Origin: Octopus sinensis
Lineage: Eukaryota
Assembly: GCF_006345805.1 (NCBI RefSeq)
Contig: NC_043010.1
Span: 54,188,001 to 54,252,000, forward strand
Direction of reading: 5' to 3'
Length of the DNA stretch: 64,000 nucleotides
Within the stretch, counting starts at the first letter, position 1. Every line of letters starts with the position of its first letter. Of this stretch, positions 52,063 through 64,000 are shown piece after piece. The translations under genes were made by a program, and so were the position numbers. A model generated the notes under the pieces. That model was given only the letters and a program-made list of their open reading frames with translations. It searched no databases and was not told the origin of the DNA.

Positions 52063-52177
52063 TATTATATATATATATATATATATATGCGTGTATGCGA
52101 GTGTTCGTATTGTGTGAGTGTGCGAAATTGTGTGTGTGTATGTATATGTGTGTGTGCCTTTCTATTTTTTGGTTGCC

Positions 52178-52385
52178 CCCACCGCTTTCTCCGTCCGGGT
52201 TGCGCATTCGTGGAATAAGCTGCCGGACGAGATGGTGAAGATGCCGACGACCACTCGGTTCAAAGTCTCCCTTGACCAGAAGTGGCCTGAACTCTTTACA
52301 TGAACGCCACCCTGTACATAACTCCCATGTCCCCCTACATGGCCTTGCTTTTTTGCTTTTTGAGCCAAAAACTTAACTAACTAAC
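52178..52385 (+). mobile_element. CR1-type LINE 3' end
   Basis: AFSVRVAHSWNKLPDEMVKMPTTTRFKVSLDQKW (FSxRVVxxWNxLP..F..LD motif), then short UTR and (CTAA)n tail. Confidence 0.85.
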
Positions 52386-52971
52386 CTCTTGATGACTGGT
52401 ATTGGTTTCTTTATGATTTGGTAACTTAGTGGCCTTCAAAAGGAGAAAAAAAGAATGACTACCTGACTGAAAACAAAATAATACTGGGGCTGATTTATTA
52501 GACTAAACACTACAACGTGGTGCCTAGCAAGGCTGCTGTCTAACTACCTAAAGAGTACCTCACTGGCTTCTTTCAATTTCCGCCTACCAAATCCACTTTC
52601 ATGCCGTTTCACGGCGAGAGGCTATGAAACTCACCCCTTCCATATATTGCCCTGTGCGGATGAACCCGGAACCATAAGGTCGGAAGCCAAATTTATTACT
52701 TCACAACTACATCTCTGCATAATTGTCTAAATTTTCGACTATTTCCAGGATATGCTCGCAAAAAAGAAATAGAAGTGGGTAATAATATAGTGATTTATGA
52801 GTTCATGACATATTCACGTTCATTTCTTCTGATTTAGCAATAGCTACCATTTTGCTTTATCACGAGCGCAGAAGTTTGTTTCTTTGATACTTTCGTTTTT
52901 GCGGAAATGCACTTGCACTAAACATTTTTTGCATAGACTTAATACTTTTGCAATTCAGTTCAATTCCCTTG

Positions 52972-53075
<104 letters not shown>

Positions 53076-53123
53076 GTATATATATTTCAAACATGCATCA
53101 TTAGATATATATGTAGGAAAATA

Positions 53124-53190
<67 letters not shown>

Positions 53191-53321
53191 GTGTATATAT
53201 AATATATATATAGTTCAAACATGCATCACTGCAGATATATATGTAGGAAAATAGATGTATATATATATTATATATATATATATATCTGCATATTTATACA
53301 TATACACATGCATATGTATGC

Positions 53322-53365
<44 letters not shown>

Positions 53366-54609
53366 TCACATATATGTATATATCATACATATCTATACAT
53401 ATTGATATGTAAGTATTTATGCCTTTGTATTTATATATGTGTGTTTATGTGTAGTATTTTTTGTTTTACAAAAGGTTACCTTCTATTAAGTATGTACTTA
53501 CGCAACAATAAATGCAAAATATTCGTCTCTGATCATACACAGTGTTGTAAGTTACATAAGCAGCACTTCATCGTAAAAGCTTTTTTTTTTCAACTTGCTT
53601 AGAAAAATAAACGGAACAAAAAACAACAAAAAACAAAATACAAAAAAACAAACAAACAAATAATGCGTGTATCAAATACGCCCATGAAATTGTATAGTTG
53701 ATTGCTGTTTGTTTCTTATATGTGACTGTTTCTGGCGGGGGGTGCTTATGACACAGGTATATATGCAATTATTAGATTGTGATTCTCGACATTGTTTGTG
53801 TTTTTTGATCGGTGAAGTGCAGCAGAAGAATATATAATGTGTCCATCACGGATCAATACAGTACAAAGCACAATTTGAAATTACTTAGCAGTTCGTAGTT
53901 CAAATTAGTCTATGATACTTTATAGCTTATTGATGTTTACATAGTAGTTTTTTTTCCCTGTATATATGTACGTGTCTTTTTTCTTTCTGTTTGTGTATGT
54001 ATGAAAACGTTGATGTATCATTATCTGCTTAGTGCTTATATGTAGCTAACATCCGCTTCAAACTATCTTTTTCCGTTAATGATTTAACGACGTAGTGCAA
54101 AGTGTGAATACATAACGTATGCTATTAAGTGCATTCCAAATATTGAGGCCACATAAGAGCGCGGTTAAGCTGACGGACTCATGATCATATGTCCGTTGGT
54201 TCGAATCTTAAACCAAGCAGCACGTTCTGTTCTTATGTCCACTTGATGTTGTTCTAGGCCATACAAATAAGCTAAATGCTAGCCAAATGCCAATCTATCT
54301 ATTTCCCTTTCTAGGCTCTACGTTCTTGATGAAGGGTAGGAAAGCCGAGTGAATGTGAACGTATGGTCATAGGCGTGTAAAACATCAACCAGTTCATGTT
54401 TTCTAGTCCTGCTGACTTCTTAGTGTTGGATATTTACGATTGGAGACACACCTCGAAGACGCTTTCTTCAGGGAGAGATAAGAAAATACAATGAGCAATT
54501 TTAACTCGGTATAAACAATGAACGGGAGACAATATGCTTATAAGCAGAGATTAGCATTACAGGACATTTTGGAACCAGGAACACTCGATGCTCAGGTGTC
54601 TTGGACTAG

Positions 54610-54916
54610 TGGAAGCGCCATCCAACCAAAATGCAAATAAATGGGAAACTACCACCTGTGTCATCTCTTGTGAAAGGTAGGAGAGTCCAGTTTGCTGGAC
54701 GTTGTAGAGCTGAAAAAGAGGTAATTTCTACTCTTCTCCTTTGGAAGCGATCTACTCACAATGCCAGAGGGCGCACACTCTCCTACCCTGATGTAATCTC
54801 CAGGGATACAGGCATCCAGCAACAGGACCTCCGTAATGCCATGATGGACCGTGAAGTCTGGCGTAGCATGGTAAATTCCATTGTCTCAACCACGGTCGAA
54901 CAATGATGATGATGAT
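54610..54916 (+). mobile_element. RTE-clade LINE 3' end
   Basis: WKRHPTKMQI.GKLPPVS..RRVQFAGRC...LRNAMMDREVWRSMV, then (TGA)n tail. Confidence 0.85.
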
Positions 54917-54924
54917 TGGACTAG

Positions 54925-55030
54925 TTGCAAATTAAAAAAAGAGATGCTGCAAGGAATGTATCGCGAGTTGCTGTGAAAGCAAGCCATATGATCTGGCTCA
55001 AGAAAGAGAAGGCTAGTGATGCGGCAAGAC
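54925..55030 (+). mobile_element. Possible RLE-type (HERO/NeSL-like) C-terminal remnant
   Basis: AVKASHMIWLKK resembles the AExASxWLWLKR C-terminal motif; short, so weak. Confidence 0.3.
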
Positions 55031-55273
55031 CAAAAATCTCTCCTAGAGTCGCCACAACTGATTCAATAAAGCTCATGCTATGGTTAAGGACTTTTGTCGC
55101 CAAAGTCGACGGATGCTTACTCCCACCTACCGATTGTTCTGGGGTTACTTTTGGGAGTCCGAAACACTCCAGAGATGCTTCACCGTCTGAAGGAATATTG
55201 ACTCCTGCATTTAAAGACAGTGTATTGCTGCTCACTTAGCACAGAAACTTTTAAATGAAATGGCCAAGTCTTT

Positions 55274-55677
55274 TCTTTTAATCTTTTAATTTTTTACTAG
55301 TTTCAGTCATTTGACTGTGGCCATGCTGGAGCACCGCCTTTAGTCGAGCAACTCGACCCCAGGACTTATTCTTTGTAAGCTTAGTACTTATTCTATCGGT
55401 GTCTTTCGCCGAACCGCTTAGTTACGGGGACGTAAACACACCAGCATCGCTTGTCAAGTGATGTGGGGGGGGGACAAAACACAGACACAGACATACACAC
55501 ACACACACACAAACATATATATATATATATACATATATACGAAGGGCTTCTTTCAGTTTCCGTCTACCAAAACCACTCACAAGGCTTTGGTCGGCCCCAA
55601 GATATAGTAGTAGACACTTGCCTTAGACACACTAACACAGACACACACACACACACACACACCACACACACACACAC

Positions 55678-55727
<50 letters not shown>

Positions 55728-55858
55728 CGACGGGCTTCTTTCAATTTCCGTTTTATCAAATCCACTCACAAGGCTTTGGTCGGCCCGAGGCTATAGAAGA
55801 AGACACAAGCCCAAGATGCCACGCAGAAGTAACTTACCACACAGCCACTCCTGCGCCT
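55274..55858 (-). mobile_element. SINE family 1 with internal duplication of the core region
   Basis: gggcttctttca.tttccgt..ccactcacaaggctttggtcggccc occurs twice (about 55540 and 55730). Confidence 0.88.
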
Positions 55859-56229
55859 GTATACGTTATACAATTTATTATATGTGTTGAAGAAAAATAT
55901 ATAGTTTTACATTAAGAAAATTTCCTTTTATACCCAATGTCCTTTGTCACAATATATTACTTTACAAAGAACTATTTCTCAGGCTCCTCATAGTCCCTTG
56001 ATACAAAATTCATCTTCTAAAAGAGAGTTGTTATCGTGAAATTTTCAAAATTTGAAATTGTTTAATTGTTTCTCTTCATAGTTTCCGTTTTAATTTCTCT
56101 AGCACAGTACACGTGCGTTTATTTTGGGCTTGCATAATGCTATTGATAATGTAGCCATGAGCAATCACTATAATTATTGCTATCATTTATTATTTGTCTC
56201 CTTATGATTATTGTTATTCAGTACCTATC

Positions 56230-56310
56230 CATCATCATCATAATCGTCGTAGTCGTCGTCGTCGTTGTTGTTATTAATATTGTTGTTGTTGTTATTATTA
56301 TTATTATTGC

Positions 56311-56350
<40 letters not shown>

Positions 56351-56364
56351 ATTATTATTATTAA

Positions 56365-56430
<66 letters not shown>
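56230..56430. repeat. (GTT)n/(ATT)n microsatellite
   Basis: Direct inspection. Confidence 0.95.
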
Positions 56431-56433
<3 letters not shown>

Positions 56434-56593
56434 TAGTCTTATTTTTATCTCAAGTGTTTGAATTGCGAAGGTTACAGTGTTCATTGTTGCAATGATATTT
56501 TATATTACATTGGTTGCCTAACGCTTTCTCTTTGAACGTTTATCGACGCGATCTTAGATTGATTTAAAAGTCTCACATCCTGAGGTTTTCTGT

Positions 56594-57008
56594 CTCTTTT
56601 ACTCTTTTACTCTTTTACTTGTTTCAGTTATTTGACTGCGGCCATGCTGGAGCACCGTCGTTAGTCGAGCAAATCGACCCCAAAACTTATTCTTTGTAAG
56701 CCTAGTACTTATTCTATTGGACTCTTGCGCCGAACCGCTAAGTTACAGGGACATAAACACACCAGCATTGGTTGTCAAATGATGTTGGTGGGGTGATAAA
56801 CATAGAGAAACAGACACACACAAATACATACATATACATATATACGAAGGGCTTCTTTCAGTTTCTGTCTACCAAATTCAATCACAAAGCTGTGGTCGGC
56901 CTGAGGCTATAGTCGAAGACACTTGCCCAATGTGCCACGCAGTGGGACTGAAATCGGAACCGTGTGGCTGCTAAGCAAGCTACTTACCACACAACCACTG
57001 CTGCGCCT
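56594..57008 (-). mobile_element. SINE family 1, full length
   Basis: Reverse-complement match with (GTAAAAGA)n tail. Confidence 0.93.
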
Positions 57009-57388
57009 ATTAATGTTAATGTCTGTTAATATTTCAAAAATACATTTTAATTTTATTTATTGAGTATTTTCTGGTAACCACAAATTAATCCATTCTGAAC
57101 ATCCAGGAAATATCTGTATATTATACTCGTCTTCCTGGCATCTACTGATTTTTGATTTATCATTTTGGCCACCATTTCTGTATGAATGTATGCCATGTTT
57201 TTCTGATTATTGAGCAGAGTTTCTTCCATTCTTAATATTTTGTTATTTGAAAGCGCTTCAGATTGTAAAATCACCTCATCTTTCTTTCACGTAGACAAGG
57301 AATGTGAATTATTTTAAGTAGAAAAAGCATTAGTATATTCGTGCCTGTGTAGACATTTGTGGATGTAATTCATAGCCACTAAGGTTTA

Positions 57389-57788
57389 TTCTTTATTCTT
57401 TTACTTGCTTCAGACTTTTGATCACAGCCATGCTGGAGCACCAGCTTAAAGTGTTTTTCTGTCGAAGAAAGCGACCGACCTCAGCACTTATTCTTTGAAA
57501 GCCCGGTACTTATTATATCTGTTCTTTTGTCCCGAACTGCTAGGTTACGAGGTTGTCAAGTGGTGATGGGGGCAAAAACACAAACACAAAGACACATACA
57601 CAAAAATAAAGACATATAAACATACGACAGTCTTCTTTGACTTTCCATCCGCCAAACCCATTCACTAGGCTTTAAACGACCCGACACTATAGTAGTAGAC
57701 ACTTGCTTAAAGTGTCACACAGAGTGACTGAACTTGGAACCATGTGGTTGGGAAGCAAGTTTCTTACAGCACAACCACGGCTGCGACT
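57389..57788 (-). mobile_element. SINE family 1, diverged
   Basis: Reverse-complement match. Confidence 0.85.
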
Positions 57789-59441
57789 AGTTTTTATTAA
57801 CTTGACCGAAGTTTTTACACCGCACAATGAGATAGCATTAAATGTTGAAATCTTCTTAGAATTCTGCTGAACTGCAGACTTAATAATGGAATTAAATTTC
57901 GAAGTCTTCTATATCTGTACGCGCATGTTCTGGATTTGCCATGAAAATAGTTCTTAAAAGACCCAATCTACGTTGAATTTCTTGCGGTTTATTTTTTAGA
58001 AATACCTCTTTGTGAAAGGATGATTATCTTGCCAGTGAGAAGAGGCAGAAGTCGGTGCGTTATAAGTACTGGTGGATCGAACTCAGTCAACTGAGTCTCC
58101 AATAAATGTTGCAAATGTCTCTATACAACATAATAGCTTTTAGTAGAATAACATCGAAATCGTGAAGCTACCAGTTACTTTAGGAATATATTTATAGACG
58201 CATATTCAGAAAAATATATACGTGTATGTTCGAGAACGAATTCCGTTGTATAATGAGAGGGCACATTCTACAAAATATTAATAAGGGGCTTAATTAGAGA
58301 ATACCGTCCAAAGGAACTTCTTTCCCTACATTTGTGATTACTATTTCAGTATTGGCTTTACTAATATATATCGTAAACACCAATACATGAAATAAAATAT
58401 GTAATTATTTATAAGTGAGTCGGGGAGAAAAATTTCGTTCTTATATGTTGTCAGTATTGATTCAATACGTTCTGTTGTCAGAACTGTTAGAATTCAGAAT
58501 GAAATTGCGTTAATATCTGCTTATGATTTTTCTTTATATTCAATCTTATTCTGTATTGTTACTTTTTATAACGAACGGAATCTGCGAAAAAAATCTTACT
58601 ATATAATTATCTGAGTGGACATACTTCTCGGCAAATTTTCAGAATAGAAAATGACATGTTTTTCCCGCTCTGCCACATCAGTACATTTAGTAAGGATATA
58701 CAAAACAACTATAATGAATTACATGTGAAACCCACTGCTTTTCCTGGACGCCAAAAGAAAGAAAGAAAGAAACATATTCGATATGTGCTAGAATCCCTTC
58801 AAATCTACGATCTAGACATCTGCATACATAACGAAAAGAATCAGCTGACACCTTGAGGTCACTAGAAGCCATCATTATACTCTCTGTAATATATGTCACA
58901 CACTTTTCGTATTAGACAATGAACTTTACGGTGGGGTCAGTCAGCCGATTACCTGGAATATAGTATTTGAAGAGTACTTTATAGATGGAAGGCAATGTTA
59001 AAGTGTGTAAAGAGTATGAAACAATATTCTTATATACTTTCAATCATAGCTTAATCAGAAACAATAAATCTTCAGTTCTATATTTAAGAGATGAGGAATT
59101 ATGTACATTATTTACATTATTTGGATTATTTACACTTGACTGATATTTGTCCTCATCTTGTTTGTTAACACGTTTCGGCTGATATACTCTCCATATTTCA
59201 TCATGTGTCTTGGGTAAATTTTAACTTCATCCCCACCTCATAGGGGTGGGGATGAATTTAAAACAATAATCATAGATAGAATACCACTGGAAAATACGAA
59301 AACTAAAAGAAGCAGCACATATGCTAGGACACAACAAGGTCCTAAGCAGACCGAGTGCAGATATGAATAGCATATGGGAACCGGTATTAAGGAATGATAT
59401 TAGTTTTATAAGACATAAAATTTCACTCCATAATTACCCAC

Positions 59442-59514
59442 GGGCATATGGCACAGTGGTTAAGAGCGCGGGCTATTAACCCCAAGATTCCGAGTTCGAT
59501 TTCAGGCAGCGACC
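59442..59514 (+). promoter_or_regulatory. tRNA-derived Pol III internal promoter (not a functional tRNA)
   Basis: Box A tggcacagtgg, box B gagttcgatttc; anticodon-like loop GGG-CTATTAA-CCC; T and acceptor stems broken. Confidence 0.75.
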
Positions 59515-59564
59515 TGAATAATAATAACCCCGAAAAATACCTTAGGAATGAGAAATTTCCCCAA

Positions 59565-59610
59565 AACACCTGATGAAGGCTGGAGGGTATATCAGCCGAA
59601 ACGTTGTGTT
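59565..59610 (+). ncRNA. Minimal type I hammerhead ribozyme, family B
   Basis: AACAC-CTGATGA-A-GGCTG-GAGGGTATAT-CAGCC-GAA-ACGT-T-GTGTT; predicted cleavage after 59605. Confidence 0.8.
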
Positions 59611-60204
59611 GACAACGAAGAAGATGAGGACAAATATCCGTCAAATGTAAATGATAAAAATTCACTTTCAAATATTTTTAAAATACATTAAGCATTATAT
59701 TCCGACATTATATCTTGATCGAATTTCTGTTCATATTATCACATAGTGACATAGTTCATTGCCTATTTTAGTATTTCAGCGAATCAGTGAATTAGTAAAG
59801 CGTATCCCTTTAATTCTAGAAAAATCTACGTAGAAATAATAGAAATGATAGCCTGATACGAATGTAATTTCAACACAGACAATATTACAGGTAATAGAAA
59901 ACATCCAGATGTAACTCAGAAAATAATATTACTTTTATAAAATATATTTTACCTCCATGTTAAATATAATGGGTGTATGTAAGAAATATGAAAAAATAAA
60001 GGTAAAAAAGATTGTGTACTTTTATATAGACACAATATATGAAAGAAGTTTTAAATATCTTTATTACTACTTGAGAATGCATTTTGTATTGTTATGGATT
60101 TTCTCAGACACCCTTCGTATATGTTGGTAATTCAATATAGTTTTGTCTGTGGTGATACATTTCCCAAAATAACTTTTAAATATGTGTATATGTATATTTG
60201 CGCT

Positions 60205-60427
60205 AATACTTATTTCTTTACTACCCACAAGGGGCTAAACACAGAGAGGGGACAAACAAGGACAAACAAACGGATTAAGTCGATTAACTGGTACTTAATT
60301 TATCGACCCTGAAAGGATGAAAGGCAAAGTCGACCTCGGCGGAATTTGAACTCAGAACATCACGGCAGACGAAATACGGCTACGCATTTCGCCCAGCGCA
60401 CTAACGTTTCTGCCAGCACGCCGCCTT
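60205..60427 (-). mobile_element. SINE family 2, full length
   Basis: Reverse-complement match to 17536-17775 with a small deletion. Confidence 0.92.
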
Positions 60428-61893
60428 ATTTGCGCTAATAATTGATAGCAAAATGTATGTGTATCAACGAGGGCTCTTTTATTTGTATTTTAATAGCAAG
60501 GCTAAAGCAACAAGAACATTGTCTATGACATGTTATGATGTGTCCGTGACTCCTGGTTGGAAAGGAAAAATTTTTTGCTAAGTGCGGAGATAGCCTAAAT
60601 ACTTCCAGAGAGTGGACGCCGCAAAAAAACTGTCCAGTGGTCATAAGTTCTACCAAGCTAGACTAAAACATTCTCTACGACGAGTTCCCACATTAATTTC
60701 GCTTTTCAAATCCCACTCGTAATGCTTAACCTTTTTTCCAATCTGCAGTAAAAACGTTTCAAGAAAAATACCGAAGAATATGATCGACAACGAAATCGCA
60801 CCGGTGCGAAACGAATATATTAATCAGCCATCCATATCTGTTTCCTGCGTTACTGTATTTCGTTAAATGCGTATACAGTATGGGAATATATTCGGCTCTA
60901 AACGTTTTATAGTAATCGATATATGGACGAAATTTGTGTTTCTTATCTACATATGTGAATATATATATAACGGTGTTTCCAGTGAATTTCGTTTTCCGTC
61001 AAATTGATTTCGTTTTTAGTAATTGTTTTTATATGAACCGTACTTCACACAGGAGATTACATGGTGAATATAACTGGGCATTTCATTTTATTACCATATA
61101 AATTGCTAATGCGTCAATATTATATTTAGTGTAGCAGGACATATAAAACGAAAAACAAAACAAACGAAAATCTTCGTTAAGGCTTGCTCTTAAATATTGA
61201 TAAATAAACAGAGGCGTTAGGTTTCAGAACTATATAACGCACGGATCTATAATCTTCTGCAAAGAAGTAAAGTGATATGAAGCAAAAATTACACGGATAA
61301 AAATAAAGAATTAAATAATACAATATCATAAAAACGCTGAAGAACGGATATGATCGATGTGACTTCTGAATAATGACAGTGATATAAAAAATAACTGTGG
61401 GATGTATGAACAGTGTGTCTATATATTTATATATATTTATATAGTTTTGGGATTCCAATGATGGTTATGAACAAATATATGAATAATAAAATATTTAAGG
61501 CAGTATTAATATATTTAGACAAATGATAAAAAGAGAGAGAGAGAGAGAGAGAAAGAAGGAAGCAGTGAAGAGAGCTTTATGCACAAAAGAAAAATAATTA
61601 CGCAGAGAGAGATGCTAAAAGTCCTAACCAGTCTCTGATAATATTTTAAGTAATTCATCAAAATGTAAAGAACGCTGAACAAATATAAAGTATTCCAGAC
61701 ATATTCGAATAGAAAATTCATATTTTTTGATAATTTGTTATTCAGAGACGACATCTTCAGGAAACGTAATTGGTAAATGAGAATAGTGTTAATAACATTA
61801 TGTCTAATGAGAAAATAAATAAGTAAACAATTTATTTACAATATTTACATCATTTACATTTGACGGATATTTGTCCTTATCTTGTTTGTTGTT

Positions 61894-61939
61894 AACACAA
61901 CGTTTCGACTGATATACCCTCCAGCCTTCATCAGGTGTC
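61894..61939 (-). ncRNA. Minimal type I hammerhead ribozyme, family B
   Basis: GACAC-CTGATGA-A-GGCTG-loop-CAGTC-GAA-ACGT-T-GTGTT; wobble pairs retain stems I and II. Confidence 0.78.
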
Positions 61940-62032
61940 TTGGGGAACTTTCGAACTTGGATTCTCATTCCTAAGGTATTTTTGGATGTTGTTGTTATTA
62001 TTTTTATTATCATTATATTATTATTATTATTA

Positions 62033-62084
<52 letters not shown>

Positions 62085-62611
62085 GAGTGAGAGAGCAGTG
62101 CATGCCATCAAAGTGACACTGGGGTAAAATATACGAAGCCCAGTATACCCATCATGACTACCCGTCTGATAAGGGTACACTAGGCACATGCATCACAACC
62201 ATATGTGCGCGACATGGTGATCTCATATCAAGATAAACAGCACAATGACCTTGCAGGTTGAGTAATCCATCCCACTCGAAAGGTCCCTGAATAAGGGTTG
62301 TTTAAGGATGTTGAACGAAACACCCATGTTTCTAGAGGTGAATTATTCAAACCCCAAAGAATCCCTCTCAACACATGGCTATGATGCTCCCCCACTACTT
62401 CTGCTCGTGATCAGAGATGCACATATCGTCAGCCACCAAGAGACATGCTCAACTGTTTAAGGTCAAACAACTGACAAGCAAATCTGTGGTTTTGAGCAGG
62501 ATATTTGCTGTAGCCCATCTTTTATACCAAGACAAAACAATGTACATGATAACACTTCCAATCTGTTAAGATCAGAAGCCATGAGAGCCACTGTCTGTAC
62601 TGCATCAGGGC

Positions 62612-62612
<1 letters not shown>
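62085..62612 (-). mobile_element. Second copy of the (AAT)n-targeted 550-bp element
   Basis: Same termini as 28056-28610; small internal deletion. Confidence 0.85.
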
Positions 62613-62669
<57 letters not shown>

Positions 62670-62998
62670 GTTGTTGTTGTTATCATTATATTATTCAGGT
62701 CACTGACTGGAATCGAACTAGGAATCTTGGGGTTAAAAGCCCGCACTCTTAATCCCTACGCCATAGGTCCATGTTAACAACAAACAAAATGAAGACAAAT
62801 ATCCGTCAAATGTAAATAATATACGTAACTCCTCATCTCTTAAATATAGAACAATTTATTTATTCGAAATATATATATACATATATATATATATATGCAC
62901 ACACACATATGTGCATATTATATATATATATATATATTATATATATATATATGTGTGTGTGGTTTGTGCATGTGTGTATTTATATATATGTAAATATG

Positions 62999-63050
<52 letters not shown>

Positions 63051-63367
63051 GATAATATATACACTCACTCACACATCTATTTATCTATGTACGTGTTTAT
63101 GTAGTTATTGTCTATGGGCATAAATATTTTTCCTTTCATAAATATGAATATTAATCAGTGGATACACATATGCAGACGTATAGGAAGTCAATAATTCATT
63201 GAAATTGAATATACCATGGTTTTTAAAAATAAACCGGAAGGGAAGCTCCGCAGATGCCATCTCGAAATGTTTATATTTCAAGAACTGTCATTTTGTATGT
63301 TTACCCTCGCAGCAAATATGTCGACATGTATGTGCGGATGTGAATGACCCTACGTATGAATGCATAC

Positions 63368-63404
<37 letters not shown>

Positions 63405-63408
<4 letters not shown>

Positions 63409-63783
63409 TAATACTAAGCAATAAGGGTTTAGCAACGAATTGCCTTACCACATACCGAATTTAGAAATAGCAGTCAAAGGGTTATAGCTATTTCTTCTAC
63501 TAAAAAGGGAGATCTCAGTAAAAACAGCAATTGGAAGGCTGACACAAACAGGTAAGAGAGAATGAATTAACTGCAATCTATCAAACATTTTTAAAGTTTA
63601 ATGTTTGATAGATTGCAGTTAATTCATTCTCTCTTACCTGTTTGTGTCAGCCTTCCAATTGCTGTTTTTACTGAGATCTCCCTTTTAGTAGAAGAAATAG
63701 CTATAACCCTTTGACTGCTATTTCTAAATTCGGTATGTGGTAAGGCAATTCGTTGCTAAACCCTTATTGCTTAGTATTACTTA
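63405..63783. repeat. Near-perfect palindrome, arms about 185 bp, 10-nt loop
   Basis: 63405-63589 is the reverse complement of 63600-63783; I noticed only one homopolymer length difference. Confidence 0.97.
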
Positions 63784-64000
63784 AATTTTCCTCGAATGAG
63801 GCTTTTACATGCCGAAGACTACTTGGTGTAATTGATAATTATTCCAAATTAATTAATTTCACCCTTCATTATATATATATATATATATTTACATACAGAC
63901 ACACATACATATATATAAATACATACACACACATATACATACATACACACATACATAGATGCATACATACACACACAAACACACACACACACACACACAC

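Larger units (their letters stand above)
59066..59655 (+). mobile_element. 5'-truncated PLE family B: inverted pLTR piece, hairpin junction, GIY-YIG C-terminus, tRNA head, HHR
   Basis: Inverted piece 59066-59215; hairpin ttcatccccacc/ggtggggatgaa; DREYHWKIRKLKEAAHMLGHNKVLSRPSADMNSIWEPVL; head 59442-59514; HHR 59565-59610. Confidence 0.9.
61800..62850 (-). mobile_element. ORF-less tRNA-head + HHR unit (family B) with nested 550-bp element and inverted 3' tail
   Basis: Head 62770-62698, (AAT)n, insert 62612-62085, (AAT)n, body and HHR to about 61840; inverted tail 62771-62850. Confidence 0.8.

Noticed and set aside
59168-59210. Family B hammerhead in the inverted pLTR piece
   Set aside because: C3 changed to A, stem II broken and a deletion at the cleavage site; counted only as a dead copy
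59442-59514. Possible tRNA gene
   Set aside because: Acceptor and T stems do not pair and the anticodon differs among the three copies (ATT, TTT, ACT); it is a tRNA-derived head only

Overview
AT-rich eukaryotic non-coding DNA. It is very probably an Octopus genome, inferred from the SINE families I recognise, not from a database search. The window is dominated by (TA)n/(CA)n/(AAT)n microsatellites and four tRNA-derived SINE families (about 30 copies). It also holds decayed mariner/Tc1, CR1, RTE and R4/Dong-type fragments and many Penelope-like element (PLE) pieces. No complete protein-coding gene can be supported; almost all ORF-track entries are microsatellite read-through, and there are only a few candidate spliced exons. 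The most striking signal is a set of at least eight minimal type I hammerhead ribozyme (HHR) motifs from about five unrelated sequence families, all with self-complementary stem III. In one PLE family, the 3' repeat carries a tRNA-derived Pol III promoter directly upstream of an HHR. That tRNA-head+HHR unit also occurs as an ORF-less copy that starts at the tRNA head, which suggests a Penelope-mobilised, Pol III-driven ribozyme SINE. Other notable items are a long-TIR mariner derivative with perfect RFX X-boxes, an (AAT)n-targeting retroelement system, SINE tandem and chimeric forms, and several long fold-back palindromes. All folding and translation was done by eye.
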